NCBI GenBank assembly: GCA_044070495.1
Contig: JBIPSI010000021.1
Location: 26,833-90,832 of the forward strand
DNA: 64,000 nt
Origin: Spirulina sp.
GTDB lineage: Bacteria > Cyanobacteriota > Cyanobacteriia > Phormidesmidales > Phormidesmidaceae
Reading direction: 5' to 3'
This document shows, piece after piece, positions 50,441-61,094 of the stretch. The position numbers and the translations under genes are program-made. How positions within the stretch are numbered: position 1 is the stretch's first letter; each line of letters opens with the position of its first letter. The notes beneath the pieces are model-generated. The model was not told the DNA's origin, ran no database searches, and worked only from the letters and a program-made list of their open reading frames with translations.

Positions 50441-52417
50441 CTATACCAGGTAAGTATAACGACCTAGACTATGTTCATACTGCTGAATCAACAGTTGCGA
50501 CTCTTCCAGGGTGATTTGGTTTTCCTGCAAGGACTGTTCCGACCGCCGCCGGATGTTTTCGATCATGTCCTCGGCATCGTACTGAACGTAGCCCAGCACC
50601 TCGGTCATGGTGTCGCCCTTCACCACATGCTCCACCTGGTAGCCCTTGGGGGTCATGTGGATGTGGACGGCGTTGGTGTCGCCAAACAGGTTGTGCAGGT
50701 TGCCCATAATTTCCTGGTAGGCCCCACCGAGGAACATACCCAGGTAGTAGGGTTTATCAGCGTCTAGGGGATGCAGTTCCAAGACGTGCTTCACATCCCG
50801 GAGATCGATAAACTGGGAAATTTTGCCATCGCTATCGCAGGTGAGATCGGCTAGGGTGCCCCGACAGGAGGGTTCTTCGTTGAGGCGGTGGATGGGCAGG
50901 ATGGGGAACAGTTGGTCGATGGCCCAGGCGTCGGGCATGGACTGGAATACCGAGAGGTTGATGTAGTAGATCGAGGCCATGCTTTGGGTCAGTTCCTCGA
51001 TGTCTTCGGGCACATAGTCGGCATCGCTTACCACCGAGAGCGCCTTACGGCAGCAGGCCCAGTAGAGCCGTTCCGCCTTGGCTCGGTCGGCCAAGGTTAG
51101 GTAGCCGAAGTTAAACAGACTGATGGATTCCTCTTTAAATTGCAGGGCGTCGTTGTAGAGTTCCTGCACGTTGTGGGAGGTAATGCCCTGGTGAATTTCG
51201 TACAACTCCCGCAGGATGGCGTGATCGTCTTCGCCAGGAATCTCCAGATCATCCTGGGCCGGAGCATCGCTGCACCCCAGCACATCAAACACCAGTACCG
51301 ACTGGTGGGAGACAATCGCCCGTCCACTTTCGCTAACCAGGGTGGGAACGGGGACATTTTTCACCCGGCAGGCTTCCTGCACCTCGGCCACCACATCGTT
51401 CGCGTAGTTTTGGGTGCTGTAGTTCTTGGAGGCGTAAAAGCTGGTTTGGGAGCCGTCGTAGTCCACCGCTAGGCCGCCGCCCACGTCCAGGTAGCCCATC
51501 TTGGCCCCTAGGCCCACCAATTCCACATAAATGCGGCTGGCTTCCCGCAGAGCCTCCTTGAGGACGCTAATGGCGGAAATTTGGGAACCAATGTGGAAAT
51601 GCAGCAGTTGCAGACAGTCCAGCATGTCGGCCTCCCGCAGCCGATCCACCACCGTCAGAATTTCCGGCACCGTGAGGCCAAACTTGGCCCGATCCCCCGC
51701 CGAGACCCCCCAGCGGCCACTCCCCTTGGTGCTGAGCTTAGCCCGCACCCCTAGCACCGGACGAATATTGAGGCGACGACTGGCGGCAATGGCCAAGTCC
51801 ACCTCATTGAGTTGTTCAATCACGATAATCGGCTGCTGACCGAGGCGCTGGCCCAGCATCGCCGTTTCGATGTAGTCCTTGTCCTTATAGCCGTTGCAGA
51901 TCAGCAGAGCACCGGGGGTATCGAGGGTGGCCAGGGCGATAAGTAATTCCGGCTTGGAACCCGCCTCCAGACCAAACTGGTAGGGCTTACCGAAGCGCAC
52001 AATATCCTCCAACAACTGCCGCTGCTGGTTGCATTTCACCGGAAACACCCCCCGGTAAACGCCGTTGTACTTGTAGCGGGCAATGGCCTTCGCGAAGCAG
52101 GCGTTAATCCGCTCAATGCGGTCTTCCAAAATGTCGGGAAAGCGGATCAGCAGGGGCAAATGCAGGTTCCGCTGCTTGATCGCCTCCACCAACTCCAGCA
52201 AATCCAGCGACCCACCCCGATCCCCCTGGGGCGACACCGTAATATGGCCATCGGCATTGATAGAAAAATAGGGATCTCCCCAGCTATGGATGCGGTATAG
52301 CTCCTCACTGGCTTCAATCGTCCATCCGGTGGCAGGGGTTTTCGTGGCTTGTAACATACTTTCCAGGGTGGCACGGTCAAAGGGGCGAACAGGCTCTAGG
52401 GATGGTTGCTGTGCCAT
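50441..52417 (-). CDS. speA: Biosynthetic arginine decarboxylase
   Basis: FPVKCNQ, GLEAGSKPEL, HFHIGSQI, DLTCDSDG. Confidence 0.96.
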   Translation of the reverse strand: MAQQPSLEPVRPFDRATLESMLQATKTPATGWTIEASEELYRIHSWGDPYFSINADGHITVSPQGDRGGSLDLLELVEAIKQRNLHLPLLIRFPDILEDRIERINACFAKAIARYKYNGVYRGVFPVKCNQQRQLLEDIVRFGKPYQFGLEAGSKPELLIALATLDTPGALLICNGYKDKDYIETAMLGQRLGQQPIIVIEQLNEVDLAIAASRRLNIRPVLGVRAKLSTKGSGRWGVSAGDRAKFGLTVPEILTVVDRLREADMLDCLQLLHFHIGSQISAISVLKEALREASRIYVELVGLGAKMGYLDVGGGLAVDYDGSQTSFYASKNYSTQNYANDVVAEVQEACRVKNVPVPTLVSESGRAIVSHQSVLVFDVLGCSDAPAQDDLEIPGEDDHAILRELYEIHQGITSHNVQELYNDALQFKEESISLFNFGYLTLADRAKAERLYWACCRKALSVVSDADYVPEDIEELTQSMASIYYINLSVFQSMPDAWAIDQLFPILPIHRLNEEPSCRGTLADLTCDSDGKISQFIDLRDVKHVLELHPLDADKPYYLGMFLGGAYQEIMGNLHNLFGDTNAVHIHMTPKGYQVEHVVKGDTMTEVLGYVQYDAEDMIENIRRRSEQSLQENQITLEESQLLIQQYEHSLGRYTYLV

Positions 52418-52641
52418 AGGTGATTAACGGTGCCCCCTCATAGGTATGGTGAACGGTGTTGTGAAATAGTCTGAACGGGTCGCTGGGCTGGCTGCTGGCA
52501 CGAATCGCCAGAACAGGTCGCTGGCATCCTGGCCAGTCGCATCGACAAAGGGCGCAAACGCTATGCCACTCTGTATCTAGCCTAACCATAATGCGACCAA
52601 AATTCTAACAAAACCCCAAGCACAAATCCGACAATTCCCCC

Positions 52642-52711
52642 CACCCCCCACCCATCACCTGCCACCTGCCACCTATCACCTGCCACCCGCCACCTGCCAC
52701 CCGCCACCCCC
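52642..52711 (+). repeat. Heptamer tandem repeat (CACCTGC-like), ~10 units, abutting the bioF start
   Basis: CACCCAT CACCTGC CACCTGC CACCTAT CACCTGC CACCCGC... Confidence 0.85.
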
Positions 52712-53893
52712 ATGCCCACCCCCTACCACTGGATGAACCAATCCCTCGCCGCCCTCCACCGTGCCCAGCGTTATCGAACCGTGCAGGTGGCCCAAGGACG
52801 CGCCGGATCCGTCATGGTGCGGGACGGACAGTCCTTAATCAACTTTGCCAGCAACGACTACCTGGGCCTAGCGGGGGATCCTCGCCTTGCCGCCGCCGCC
52901 ATGGAGGCGATTGAGACCTACGGCACGGGCAGCACCGGATCACGGTTATTGAGCGGTCATCGGGATCTGCATCGGAATCTGGAACTGGCCTTGGCTGACC
53001 TCAAGCAGGCCGAAGACGCCCTGGTGTTTAGCTCTGGCTATCTAGCTAACCTCAGTGCCATCACCGCCCTAGTAGGGCCACCAGACTTAATCCTCGGCGA
53101 CGAATACAACCACTCCAGCCTGCGGACAGGGGCTAAGGCCAGCGGAGCCACCACCTACAACTATCGCCACGGGGATGTAGCACACCTGGAGGAATCCCTC
53201 GCCGCCCACCGTGCCCAGCATCGCCGCTGCCTGATTGCTACCGACAGCGTGTTCAGTATGGATGGCGACCTTTGCCCCCTGCCCAAGCTTCTCGATTTAG
53301 CCGAAACCTACGAGGCCATGGTGCTGGTGGATGAGGCCCACGGTACGGGAGTTTTAGGGGAGCGAGGGGCCGGAGCCGTGGAGCATCTGGGCTGTCTCGG
53401 ACGCCCCATGGTGACGGTGGGCACCCTCAGCAAGGCGCTGGGCAGTTTGGGCGGCTATGTGGCGGGTTCCCAAACGATGGTTGATTTTCTGCGGAACCGT
53501 GCCCCCGGCTGGATCTACACCACCGGGCTTTCGCCAGCGGATACGGCGGCGGCCCTAGCGGCGGTGCAAATTGTGGCCACAGAACCCCAGCGACGTCAGA
53601 GTCTCTGGCGCAATGTAGACACATTAAAAAATCGCCTAGACGAAACCCTAGGCGACGGGGGGAACCCGCTGCTTCGGCGACTACCCTCAGAGTCTCCCAT
53701 TCTGTGCTTAGCGGGGGACTCGGTTCATCAAATTATGAGGGCTAGTCAACGGTTGCAAGGGTTAGGACTGTGGGTCTCAGCGGTGCGTCCACCCACGGTA
53801 CCCACCAGTCGCCTACGCATTACCCTGATGGCCACCCATACCCTAGATCATCTGGAACAACTAGTGGCCAGTCTGGCTTCTCTAACGCTTTGA
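52712..53893 (+). CDS. bioF: 8-amino-7-oxononanoate synthase
   Basis: [36 protein letters not shown]. Confidence 0.92.
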   Translation: MPTPYHWMNQSLAALHRAQRYRTVQVAQGRAGSVMVRDGQSLINFASNDYLGLAGDPRLAAAAMEAIETYGTGSTGSRLLSGHRDLHRNLELALADLKQAEDALVFSSGYLANLSAITALVGPPDLILGDEYNHSSLRTGAKASGATTYNYRHGDVAHLEESLAAHRAQHRRCLIATDSVFSMDGDLCPLPKLLDLAETYEAMVLVDEAHGTGVLGERGAGAVEHLGCLGRPMVTVGTLSKALGSLGGYVAGSQTMVDFLRNRAPGWIYTTGLSPADTAAALAAVQIVATEPQRRQSLWRNVDTLKNRLDETLGDGGNPLLRRLPSESPILCLAGDSVHQIMRASQRLQGLGLWVSAVRPPTVPTSRLRITLMATHTLDHLEQLVASLASLTL

Positions 53894-54070
53894 ACCCCAG
53901 CGGCGTTGCTTGTGGCGGGCCAGGGTTTTGCGCTTGCGCTTTTCGATGGGGGTTTCAAAATGGCGATTTTTCCGCATGTCGGAAAAGATGCCAGCCCGGG
54001 ACACCTTGCGCTTGAAGCGGCGGAGGGCTGATTCGATATTCTCGTCTTCTCCCAAAACAACTTGGGCCAT
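53882..54070 (-). CDS. rpsU: 30S ribosomal protein S21
   Basis: [24 protein letters not shown]. Confidence 0.96.
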   Translation of the reverse strand: MAQVVLGEDENIESALRRFKRKVSRAGIFSDMRKNRHFETPIEKRKRKTLARHKQRRWGSKR

Positions 54071-54371
54071 GGGTGCTCCTTAACGTAACAACAATCATGC
54101 TATTCCAACCCTTCGCTGACAACCCCCAAGGTGTGAGGGCAAGGTTTCCTTGCCTCTACGGTTGGATGGGCAGCCCTGCGGAAGGCGGGAACTTAAATCA
54201 ACAAAGCTGCCCTGGGATCTCCGGGACAGATCCCAGGGTTCTACGTCGGTACACCCTAACAAGTTTGGATAACGCACTAAAGAACCCTGGGACGGCTCAA
54301 CCGAGGCCCCACTCCATGCAGCGGCAGCAACCGCTAGTCGCAGGTTGAGGGGTTGAGGCAAGGGAATTGAA

Positions 54372-54665
54372 TTAGCGACGGTCGCGACGATTATTCCAGC
54401 CGCCGCCATCGGAGGGGCGAGATTCGCGGGGGCGGGCTTTGTTAACCTTCAGGTCGCGACCCATCCACTCAGCACCGTCTAGGGCGCTGATGGCGGCGTC
54501 TTCCTCGGCTTCGGAACCCATTTCTACAAAGGCAAAGCCGCGAGGCCGACCGGTTTCCCGATCCGTCGGTAGACTAACTCGGCTAACGCTACCATACTCA
54601 GCAAAAATTTCGCTGATGTCCGCCTGGGTGGCGTCAAAGGATAGGTTGCCAACATAGATCGACAT
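54372..54665 (-). CDS. RRM RNA-binding protein (Rbp family)
   Basis: SIYVGNL RNP2, RGFAFVEM RNP1; upstream of rpsU. Confidence 0.95.
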   Translation of the reverse strand: MSIYVGNLSFDATQADISEIFAEYGSVSRVSLPTDRETGRPRGFAFVEMGSEAEEDAAISALDGAEWMGRDLKVNKARPRESRPSDGGGWNNRRDRR

Positions 54666-54669
54666 AGAG

Positions 54670-54717
54670 ACATCTCCAAACAATAAAACGTAGGGGCAGG
54701 CAGTTTTCCGGAGATGT
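54670..54717 (-). promoter_or_regulatory. rbp 5'UTR stem that sequesters the SD
   Basis: In the mRNA, ACAUCUCC pairs with GGAGAUGU, which contains the GGAG SD. Confidence 0.6.
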
Positions 54718-54947
54718 ACCCAGGCCCAGGACAAATCTGACGCGGTAGGCAAGTCAACCATCAACTAACTCCGCCCAGCATATCACAGGGGTCAGAATTC
54801 TGCCGTCTTGCTGCGTGGTGAGGGTAAGACCAACAAAAACCCCCCAAGCCAAAGGCTCGAGGGGCAGGAGTTCCTGAAAATCGTCACTATATCTATCATC
54901 CAGCCTTTATTTTTAGCTGCCCAGGGGGGTATGACCCATCAGGGGGG

Positions 54948-56129
54948 TTAGCTGTGGATGGACGGAGCCACAAACTGCTTATCCCAGATTTGAGGCCGAT
55001 CCTCAAGGCTGACATAGCCCTGCTGCCGTGGCCCGGTATAGATTTGGGTGGGCCGGAAGATGCGGTTTTCGCCCAGTTGCTCCTTCCAGTGGGCCAGCCA
55101 ACCCGCCACCCGCGCAATGGCAAAGACGGGGGTGAACAGATCGACAGGAATGCCCAGTTTGCGATAGACCAAGCCGGAGTAGAAGTCTACGTTAGGGTAA
55201 ATGCCCTTATGGCCCAGCCGTTCGGATACGGCCTGCTCCATTTCGAGAGCGATGGCGTAGTACTCATCTTGGCCAAATTTTTCAAACAGTTGCTCAGCCA
55301 GCCCTTGCAGGATGGTGGCGCGGGGGTCTTTGACCTTGTAGACCCGGTGGCCAAAGCCCATAATTTTAGACTTTTCAGCGATGCAGCGATCCACAAAGGG
55401 GCGCACGTTTTCGACCGATCCAATCTGCTGGAGCATGTCGATCACCTCTTCATTGGCCCCACCGTGGAGCGGCCCCGCCAGGGTGCCTACCGCCGAGGCC
55501 ACCACCGCGTAGGGATCGGTGAGGGTGGAGGCGGTGACCATGGCCGAAAAGGTGGAGGCGTTGATGGTGTGTTCGGCGTGGAGGGTAAGGCACACATCAA
55601 AAATACGGGCCGCTAGGGGATCGGGCTCGCGTTCACTGAGCATGTAGAGGAAGTTGGCCGCATAGTCAAGGTCGTCACGGGGCTGTACCGGGTCGTTTCC
55701 CTTGCGAATGAGCTGAAAGGCCGCCACCATCGTGGGAATTTTGGCCAGCAATCGCACCACAGCCTTCTGAATGTAAACCGGGTTGTCTAAGGCTCGACGG
55801 GAGTAAAACAAACCTAGCGCCGCCGCACAGGCCTGTAGGGCATCCATGGGGTGCCCACTCTCCGGGAAGCACTTCATCATGTCGCGAATGCGGTATTTGA
55901 GGCGGCGATGGTAGCGAATTTCATACTCAAAGGCATCCAGTTCGCTCTTGGAGGGCAGTCCACCCCAAATCAGCAGGTAGGCCGTTTCTAAAAACGTACT
56001 ATGCTGGGCCAGATCTTCAATACGAATGCCCCGATACTCCAGAATGCCCGTCTGTCCATCCACGTAGCTAATGCTCGACTGGGTGGCCGGTACCCCTTCT
56101 AGGCCAGGTCTATACTCACATACGGTCAT
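54948..56129 (-). CDS. gltA: Citrate synthase
   Basis: HAEHTINASTF, GPLHGGANE, GFGHRVYK, PNVDFYSG. Confidence 0.96.
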   Translation of the reverse strand: MTVCEYRPGLEGVPATQSSISYVDGQTGILEYRGIRIEDLAQHSTFLETAYLLIWGGLPSKSELDAFEYEIRYHRRLKYRIRDMMKCFPESGHPMDALQACAAALGLFYSRRALDNPVYIQKAVVRLLAKIPTMVAAFQLIRKGNDPVQPRDDLDYAANFLYMLSEREPDPLAARIFDVCLTLHAEHTINASTFSAMVTASTLTDPYAVVASAVGTLAGPLHGGANEEVIDMLQQIGSVENVRPFVDRCIAEKSKIMGFGHRVYKVKDPRATILQGLAEQLFEKFGQDEYYAIALEMEQAVSERLGHKGIYPNVDFYSGLVYRKLGIPVDLFTPVFAIARVAGWLAHWKEQLGENRIFRPTQIYTGPRQQGYVSLEDRPQIWDKQFVAPSIHS

Positions 56130-56576
56130 AGGTTCACTGCTCCCAATCGCTGATTCATGATTTCAACGGGGGTCAACACTCCGCCGTTATCCACGCTACC
56201 AAACGTCGTATTCCCCCTGGGCAAGCCCCGATCCCTAGAATCGTGGCCTGTTTCCAATCATTTCAATCAAATTACACCATGGCGGGGCAACTCTCGGAGA
56301 CCTTGGCTCCACGGGCGATCCCCAGAACCAATCCTGGGGAAGGCTACTCACCGCCGCCGGCTCGCCACTGAACGCCCTGGATAGATGTAGCGGTTCTCGC
56401 TGCAGTGAGATACACCCTGGCTGGGGTCTAGATCCCCCCAGTGCCTAGCTGCCTAAACAGGTTTACCCGGTACCTCCCTGATTAGGGGGGCAGGGGTATC
56501 ATCGCCACGCACTTCACCCGAGGGAAATCGGCCATGGGAAATCAGCTATGGATGTAATACCTAAATGCAAAAAAAT

Positions 56577-56609
56577 GCAAAAAGGCTCTGAACATAAAGC
56601 TCAGAGCCT
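56577..56609 (-). terminator. Intrinsic terminator downstream of tRNA-Glu
   Basis: AGGCTCTGA/TCAGAGCCT stem with a T-tract on the minus strand. Confidence 0.8.
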
Positions 56610-56617
56610 CCTTAATA

Positions 56618-56690
56618 TACCCCCAGGGGAATTCGAATCCCCGTCGCCTCCGTGAAAGGGAGGTGTCCTAGGCCTCTAGACGATGGGGGC
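56618..56690 (-). tRNA. trnE: tRNA-Glu(UUC)
   Basis: GCCCCCATCGTCTAGAGGCCTAGGACACCTCCCTTTCACGGAGGCGACGGGGATTCGAATTCCCCTGGGGGTA; CCA not encoded. Confidence 0.97.
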
Positions 56691-56872
56691 CTGTGTTTTT
56701 CGACAATTCTCAGTATAGGGAAGGGAAATGCGCTTGTCAAACATCTCCCCAAAAAATCTTTAGGCGGAGGGGTAGGACGGAGATCGCCCCAGGAACAGGG
56801 GCTTTGAGACAACCGAGGGGGAAGCCTCGTCCTCGATAGGGCCTGAGAGCCAATGTCCTGGCTAGGGGATTC

Positions 56873-57145
56873 CTAGAGGGGAGGCAGGTTGCGAAGACGA
56901 ATGAGCTGACGCCGCATCAGGGGAGAGGCCGCCACCTCGTCGATGGCCGCCACCTTAACCTGTGACTCAACTGCCTCGACAAACTCATCACTCCCGTAGG
57001 AGAAGGCGTCGATCAGCAGTTCTAGCAGGTGATCACGGTTATTCATCACCTGATCCTCCTCGATCAGCCGAAACTTCAGCGTGACCTCGCATTCATAAAC
57101 GCCGACTTGGGAGGGAATAGGAGAATGGGATGCAGAAGTAGCCAT
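56873..57145 (-). CDS. Npun_R1517-family small protein
   Basis: VGVYECEVTLKFRLIEE...ASPLMRRQLIRLRN. Confidence 0.75.
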   Translation of the reverse strand: MATSASHSPIPSQVGVYECEVTLKFRLIEEDQVMNNRDHLLELLIDAFSYGSDEFVEAVESQVKVAAIDEVAASPLMRRQLIRLRNLPPL

Positions 57146-57974
57146 ATAGCAACGTTGAGTCTGAAAGGATCTAGGGGAAATGGCAATCCTAGGCAAAGTC
57201 ATGGGGCTTAGAGGGGGCACCGGAGGTCTCCAAGCTAGGATCGCCACAGCAAGGAGAGCTACCTACACAAGCCTTTGCCAATCACGGATAGCACGAACCC
57301 GTATATCCCTAGGGGCGAAGGAAATACATCGTTCGGCACGGCCTGTCTCTATCAAACCAAAGAACGGATTGAAGCACCCTAAAACATCTTTTTTTTTACA
57401 GGATTAATACAGTTTTGTAATGCTAGATTAAACCTGCGGAAATGTCCGTAATCATGCCTATAAGGATTCTATTTTTTATACTCAAACCTCGCTTCGATAG
57501 CAAAGCATAAGCCTGGAAAATTGACTTGTGCCTGATTTCCAAGAAGCCCATTAAACGACCATGCAACGCTCTATCAGCTACATCAGGGTTCTGTCAAACG
57601 TGGTGTCGCTAGCGTTGATATACACCGGTCATCAGGCCTGAGTCTCCCATAGGGGCTTAACTTATCCAAGCGATACTCCGCTATCCAGGGCTTAGTTTAT
57701 CCTTGGCATTCAGAGACAATAGTCTTCGTTGCCAACGCCCTCAGTTCTGGGAATCTGATAGGCCAGATCGCCGTCAATTCTGACCTTTATTACTCCAAAG
57801 CGGTCGGCGGTCTTGTTCAGCATGATGTTAGTCGGGTTGTAATTTAACCCTGGCCACCTTGGGATTGGTATTTTGCCAGGTCTTCTGCGGTCAGTCGCGA
57901 CAATAACGGTGACTAAGATCGGAAAGGTCATGGAGCGGGTCTCTGTTTGGTGAGGTACATATTTACTTGGCTCA

Positions 57975-58104
57975 GAGGACGTTTGAAAAGGGTTGCCTCA
58001 GGGGTGATTGGTCGCTAGATCGGTTAAATTTACGGGGTTTTTAACGGCTGAGGCTGACCTCAGAGGGATAACTTAGGACACGATTCGGTGTTTCAAACGT
58101 CCTC
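57975..58104. mobile_element. IS5-family MITE (130 bp)
   Basis: Perfect 14-bp TIR GAGGACGTTTGAAA/TTTCAAACGTCCTC; TSD TCA on both sides. Confidence 0.9.
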
Positions 58105-58448
58105 TCAGGATGCTCCTAGTTTTTTCCTGTTTAAGGTTCAACCTGTGCTTCACTCTTGACTATGGGGATAGTGGGGTTGTTCGCGACGTACTGCATTCGA
58201 GTAAAATCTGCCCCATTGAATGCGTACCTTAGAGTCGAAGACTTTTCTGAGTTTTGCAGGATTACCACAGATTCTCCATACTTGCCAAGGGGGAATATAC
58301 CAGGCTGGACAAATGATTTTTAGAGCTTGGCTTCTAACTCTAATAAGATTTGTGTTTTCCCAGGCGCTTCTTAAAATGAAATGTTTCCATGGGGATAGAG
58401 TCTCGCTGGGAAAATACCTTAACGACATAACCCAGTGATGGAGGTGAA

Positions 58449-60833
58449 ATGAGTAATTCTTTGATTCCAATATCTGACGATCAAGATTTTGACGTAGTTA
58501 CACAAGATCATCTATTGGGAGTTTTATCGGAAGCGCTTTCAGGGGTTAAGGAGAGTCTTTTTAAGGTCTCACAAGATAATAGCTTTTATGGTCTTCTAGG
58601 TCAGGCCTTTGAAGGTAAAGATCTATCTGGCATCGGTACGCTTTTAGCTGAAGATTCTATGCCATGGCCCACCATTGACATTCGCTCCACAACCGAGATT
58701 AACGGAGCTTTGGGAGCTTTCTCTGAGGCAACTAGCACCATTTATCTATCCTCTGAGTTGCTTTTGCAGCAGTGGCGGACAGGATTGGTCTCTTCCCTGA
58801 TTCAGTCGGTTTTGTTGGAGGAATTTGGTCATTATTTAGACTCAGTTTTAGGCGATGGGGATAGCCCAGGTGATGAGGGCAAAATTTTCGCTAATCTCGT
58901 GCAAGGCGTCACAATCTCTGGGCAAGAGTTGATATCGCTTAAGGGAGAAGTCGATACAGCGACGGTGCAGATTGATAACCAGGCTATCGTGATTGAGCAA
59001 GCCACCCTCAGCGGCCCTTCGGCGGAAGAGGTGGAAATGCTGGAACTGATCAACCGGATGCGAACGAATCCCCAGGGGGAACTGCCGCTGCTGATCAATT
59101 CCACCGATGCCAACGTGAACTCAGCCCTCACCTTCTTTAAGGTAGATCGCACGGTTTTGGCGACTCAGTGGAGTCTTTTGTCTCCGGTTCAGCCCATAGC
59201 CTGGTCTGATCAATTGGGGCTCTCGGCGGCAACCCACTCTGAACTGATGATTCAGTACGATAGCCAGAGCCATAATTTGCCGGGAGAGCCTACCCTAGGC
59301 CAACGCATTTTGAACGCAGGCTATAGCTATAGCTCCGTTGCCGAAAACATTTACGCCTTTGGTAAATCTACCTTTCATACCCATGCAGCTTTCGCGGTAG
59401 ATTGGGGCAATACCTCCACCGGCATTCAAAATCCCCCCGGACACCGTAATGCGATTATGAGCCCGGGCTATCGGGAAGTGGGCCTAGGCGTGGTTCCTGA
59501 TAATAACCCCGGCACCAACGTTGGCCCACTGGTGGTGACCCAGCATTTTGGCAACCGATTCGCGCTGGGCGGCAAAGCTTGGCTGTTGGGGGTGACGTTT
59601 CAAGATCAAGATGGTGATGCGTTCTATGACGTTGGCGAAGGCGTCGGCGGCATTACCGTTAACGTCCTAAATACCGCCAATGCGGCCCTGAGTTATTCCA
59701 CCTTCTCTAGAACGGCGGGGGACTACCAGATTTTGCTTGACCCAGGTAATTACCAGGTCAGCTTCCTTCAAGGGGGCACCCTGCTGCGCACGGAGGCGGT
59801 GTCCATTAGCCCAACGAATCCGGTGAATGTCAAGCTAGACCTAAAATCCCTGGCACCCGCGCCACCACCAGCACCGCCTTCCATCCTATCCCTCCAGCGT
59901 TGGGGCACTCGGCAGGGCGGATTTTGGGACAGCCAGCGATGGATTGTGGGCGATTTTAACGGGGATAACCGGGCGGATCTGGCTAAAGTCTTCAGCGAAT
60001 TTGGTCTGGGTAGTGTGGATGCCCACCTATCGAGTGGATCGGGTTTTGCTATCCAGCGCTGGGCTACCCAGCAGGGGGGCTTTTGGGATGCTCAAAAGTG
60101 GCTGAGTGGTGATTTTAATGGCGATGGAAAAACCGATCTTGTGAAGGTTTTTAGTGAATACGGCCTAGGCAGTGCGGATGTGCATCTGTCTAATGGGGCC
60201 GGGTTTGCCATGCAGCGTTGGGGCACCCAGCAGGGGGGCTTTTGGGATAGCCAAAAATGGTTGGCAGGCGACTTCAACGGCGATGGAAAAGCCGATCTTC
60301 TCAAGGTGTTTAATGATGTTGGGATGGGTAGCGTCGATGTTCACCTGTCCAATGGTGCAGGTTTTGCTATCCAGCGCTGGGGCACTCGGCAGGGAGCCTT
60401 TTGGGATGCCCAAAAATGGATTGTGGGCGATTTTAATGGCGATGGACGGGACGACTTGGCCAAGGTATTTAATGACAATGGCCTCAGCAGTATTGATGTT
60501 CACCTATCTAGCGGGACGGGGTTTGTGATGCAGCGCTGGGGCACCCAACAGGGGGCATTTTGGGATGCCCAAAAATGGATTGTAGGCGATTTTAACGGCG
60601 ATAATCGGACCGACCTAGCCAAGGTTTTTAATGACAATGGTGCAGCGACTATTGACGTTCACTTGTCGAACGGATCTGGGTTTGCCATGCAGCGCTGGGC
60701 TACCCAGCAGGGCAGTTTCTGGGATGGTCAAAAGTGGCTAGCCGGTGACTTCAATGGCAATGGGAATGATGAACTGGCGAAGGTTTTTGGCGATGGGGGC
60801 CTCAGTAGTATTGACCTTCACCGGTTGGTCTGA
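58449..60833 (+). CDS. Multidomain surface-type protein: LEExGH N-domain, CAP (SCP) domain, beta-sandwich, six FG-GAP-like repeats
   Basis: LELINRMR..HSELM..AENI..GHRNAIM..EVGLG..TQHFG (CAP); QRWGTQQGGFWD..W..GDFNGDG..DL repeated six times. Confidence 0.85.
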   Translation: MSNSLIPISDDQDFDVVTQDHLLGVLSEALSGVKESLFKVSQDNSFYGLLGQAFEGKDLSGIGTLLAEDSMPWPTIDIRSTTEINGALGAFSEATSTIYLSSELLLQQWRTGLVSSLIQSVLLEEFGHYLDSVLGDGDSPGDEGKIFANLVQGVTISGQELISLKGEVDTATVQIDNQAIVIEQATLSGPSAEEVEMLELINRMRTNPQGELPLLINSTDANVNSALTFFKVDRTVLATQWSLLSPVQPIAWSDQLGLSAATHSELMIQYDSQSHNLPGEPTLGQRILNAGYSYSSVAENIYAFGKSTFHTHAAFAVDWGNTSTGIQNPPGHRNAIMSPGYREVGLGVVPDNNPGTNVGPLVVTQHFGNRFALGGKAWLLGVTFQDQDGDAFYDVGEGVGGITVNVLNTANAALSYSTFSRTAGDYQILLDPGNYQVSFLQGGTLLRTEAVSISPTNPVNVKLDLKSLAPAPPPAPPSILSLQRWGTRQGGFWDSQRWIVGDFNGDNRADLAKVFSEFGLGSVDAHLSSGSGFAIQRWATQQGGFWDAQKWLSGDFNGDGKTDLVKVFSEYGLGSADVHLSNGAGFAMQRWGTQQGGFWDSQKWLAGDFNGDGKADLLKVFNDVGMGSVDVHLSNGAGFAIQRWGTRQGAFWDAQKWIVGDFNGDGRDDLAKVFNDNGLSSIDVHLSSGTGFVMQRWGTQQGAFWDAQKWIVGDFNGDNRTDLAKVFNDNGAATIDVHLSNGSGFAMQRWATQQGSFWDGQKWLAGDFNGNGNDELAKVFGDGGLSSIDLHRLV

Positions 60834-60919
60834 TAGTAAATCCACCTCCCATAACCCCAAAACGCCAAGCCACAGGCGTGAAAGAAGGTTGACTTTCTAG
60901 GCCGGGTACTGGTCTGTTA

Positions 60920-61047
60920 GAGGACGTTTGAAAAGGGATCCCCTGTAGCTTTAGGCACTCGCCGATCCCCCTAAATCCCCCTTTCTAAGGGGGATTTAGG
61001 GGGATCGCCACCATTGCTACAGGCAACAGGACTTTTCAAACATCCTC
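60920..61047. mobile_element. IS5-family MITE (128 bp) with an internal long hairpin
   Basis: TIR GAGGACGTTTGAAAAG/CTTTTCAAACATCCTC; TSD TTA; internal GATCCCCCTAAATCCCCCT..AGGGGGATTTAGGGGGATC. Confidence 0.9.
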
Positions 61048-61094
61048 TTAAACAGATACTAAATTCACCCCACCTTTCGTGACAACCAACATTT

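Noticed and set aside
56612..56812. 66-aa ORF
   Set aside because: Overlaps tRNA-Glu
57710..57931. 73-aa ORF or gene remnant next to a MITE
   Set aside because: No recognisable family; may be a decayed fragment but I cannot support a call
59880..60830. Regularly spaced DNA repeats as a possible CRISPR array or DGR template/variable repeats
   Set aside because: They are in-frame protein repeats with synonymous variation; no unique spacers, cas genes or reverse transcriptase
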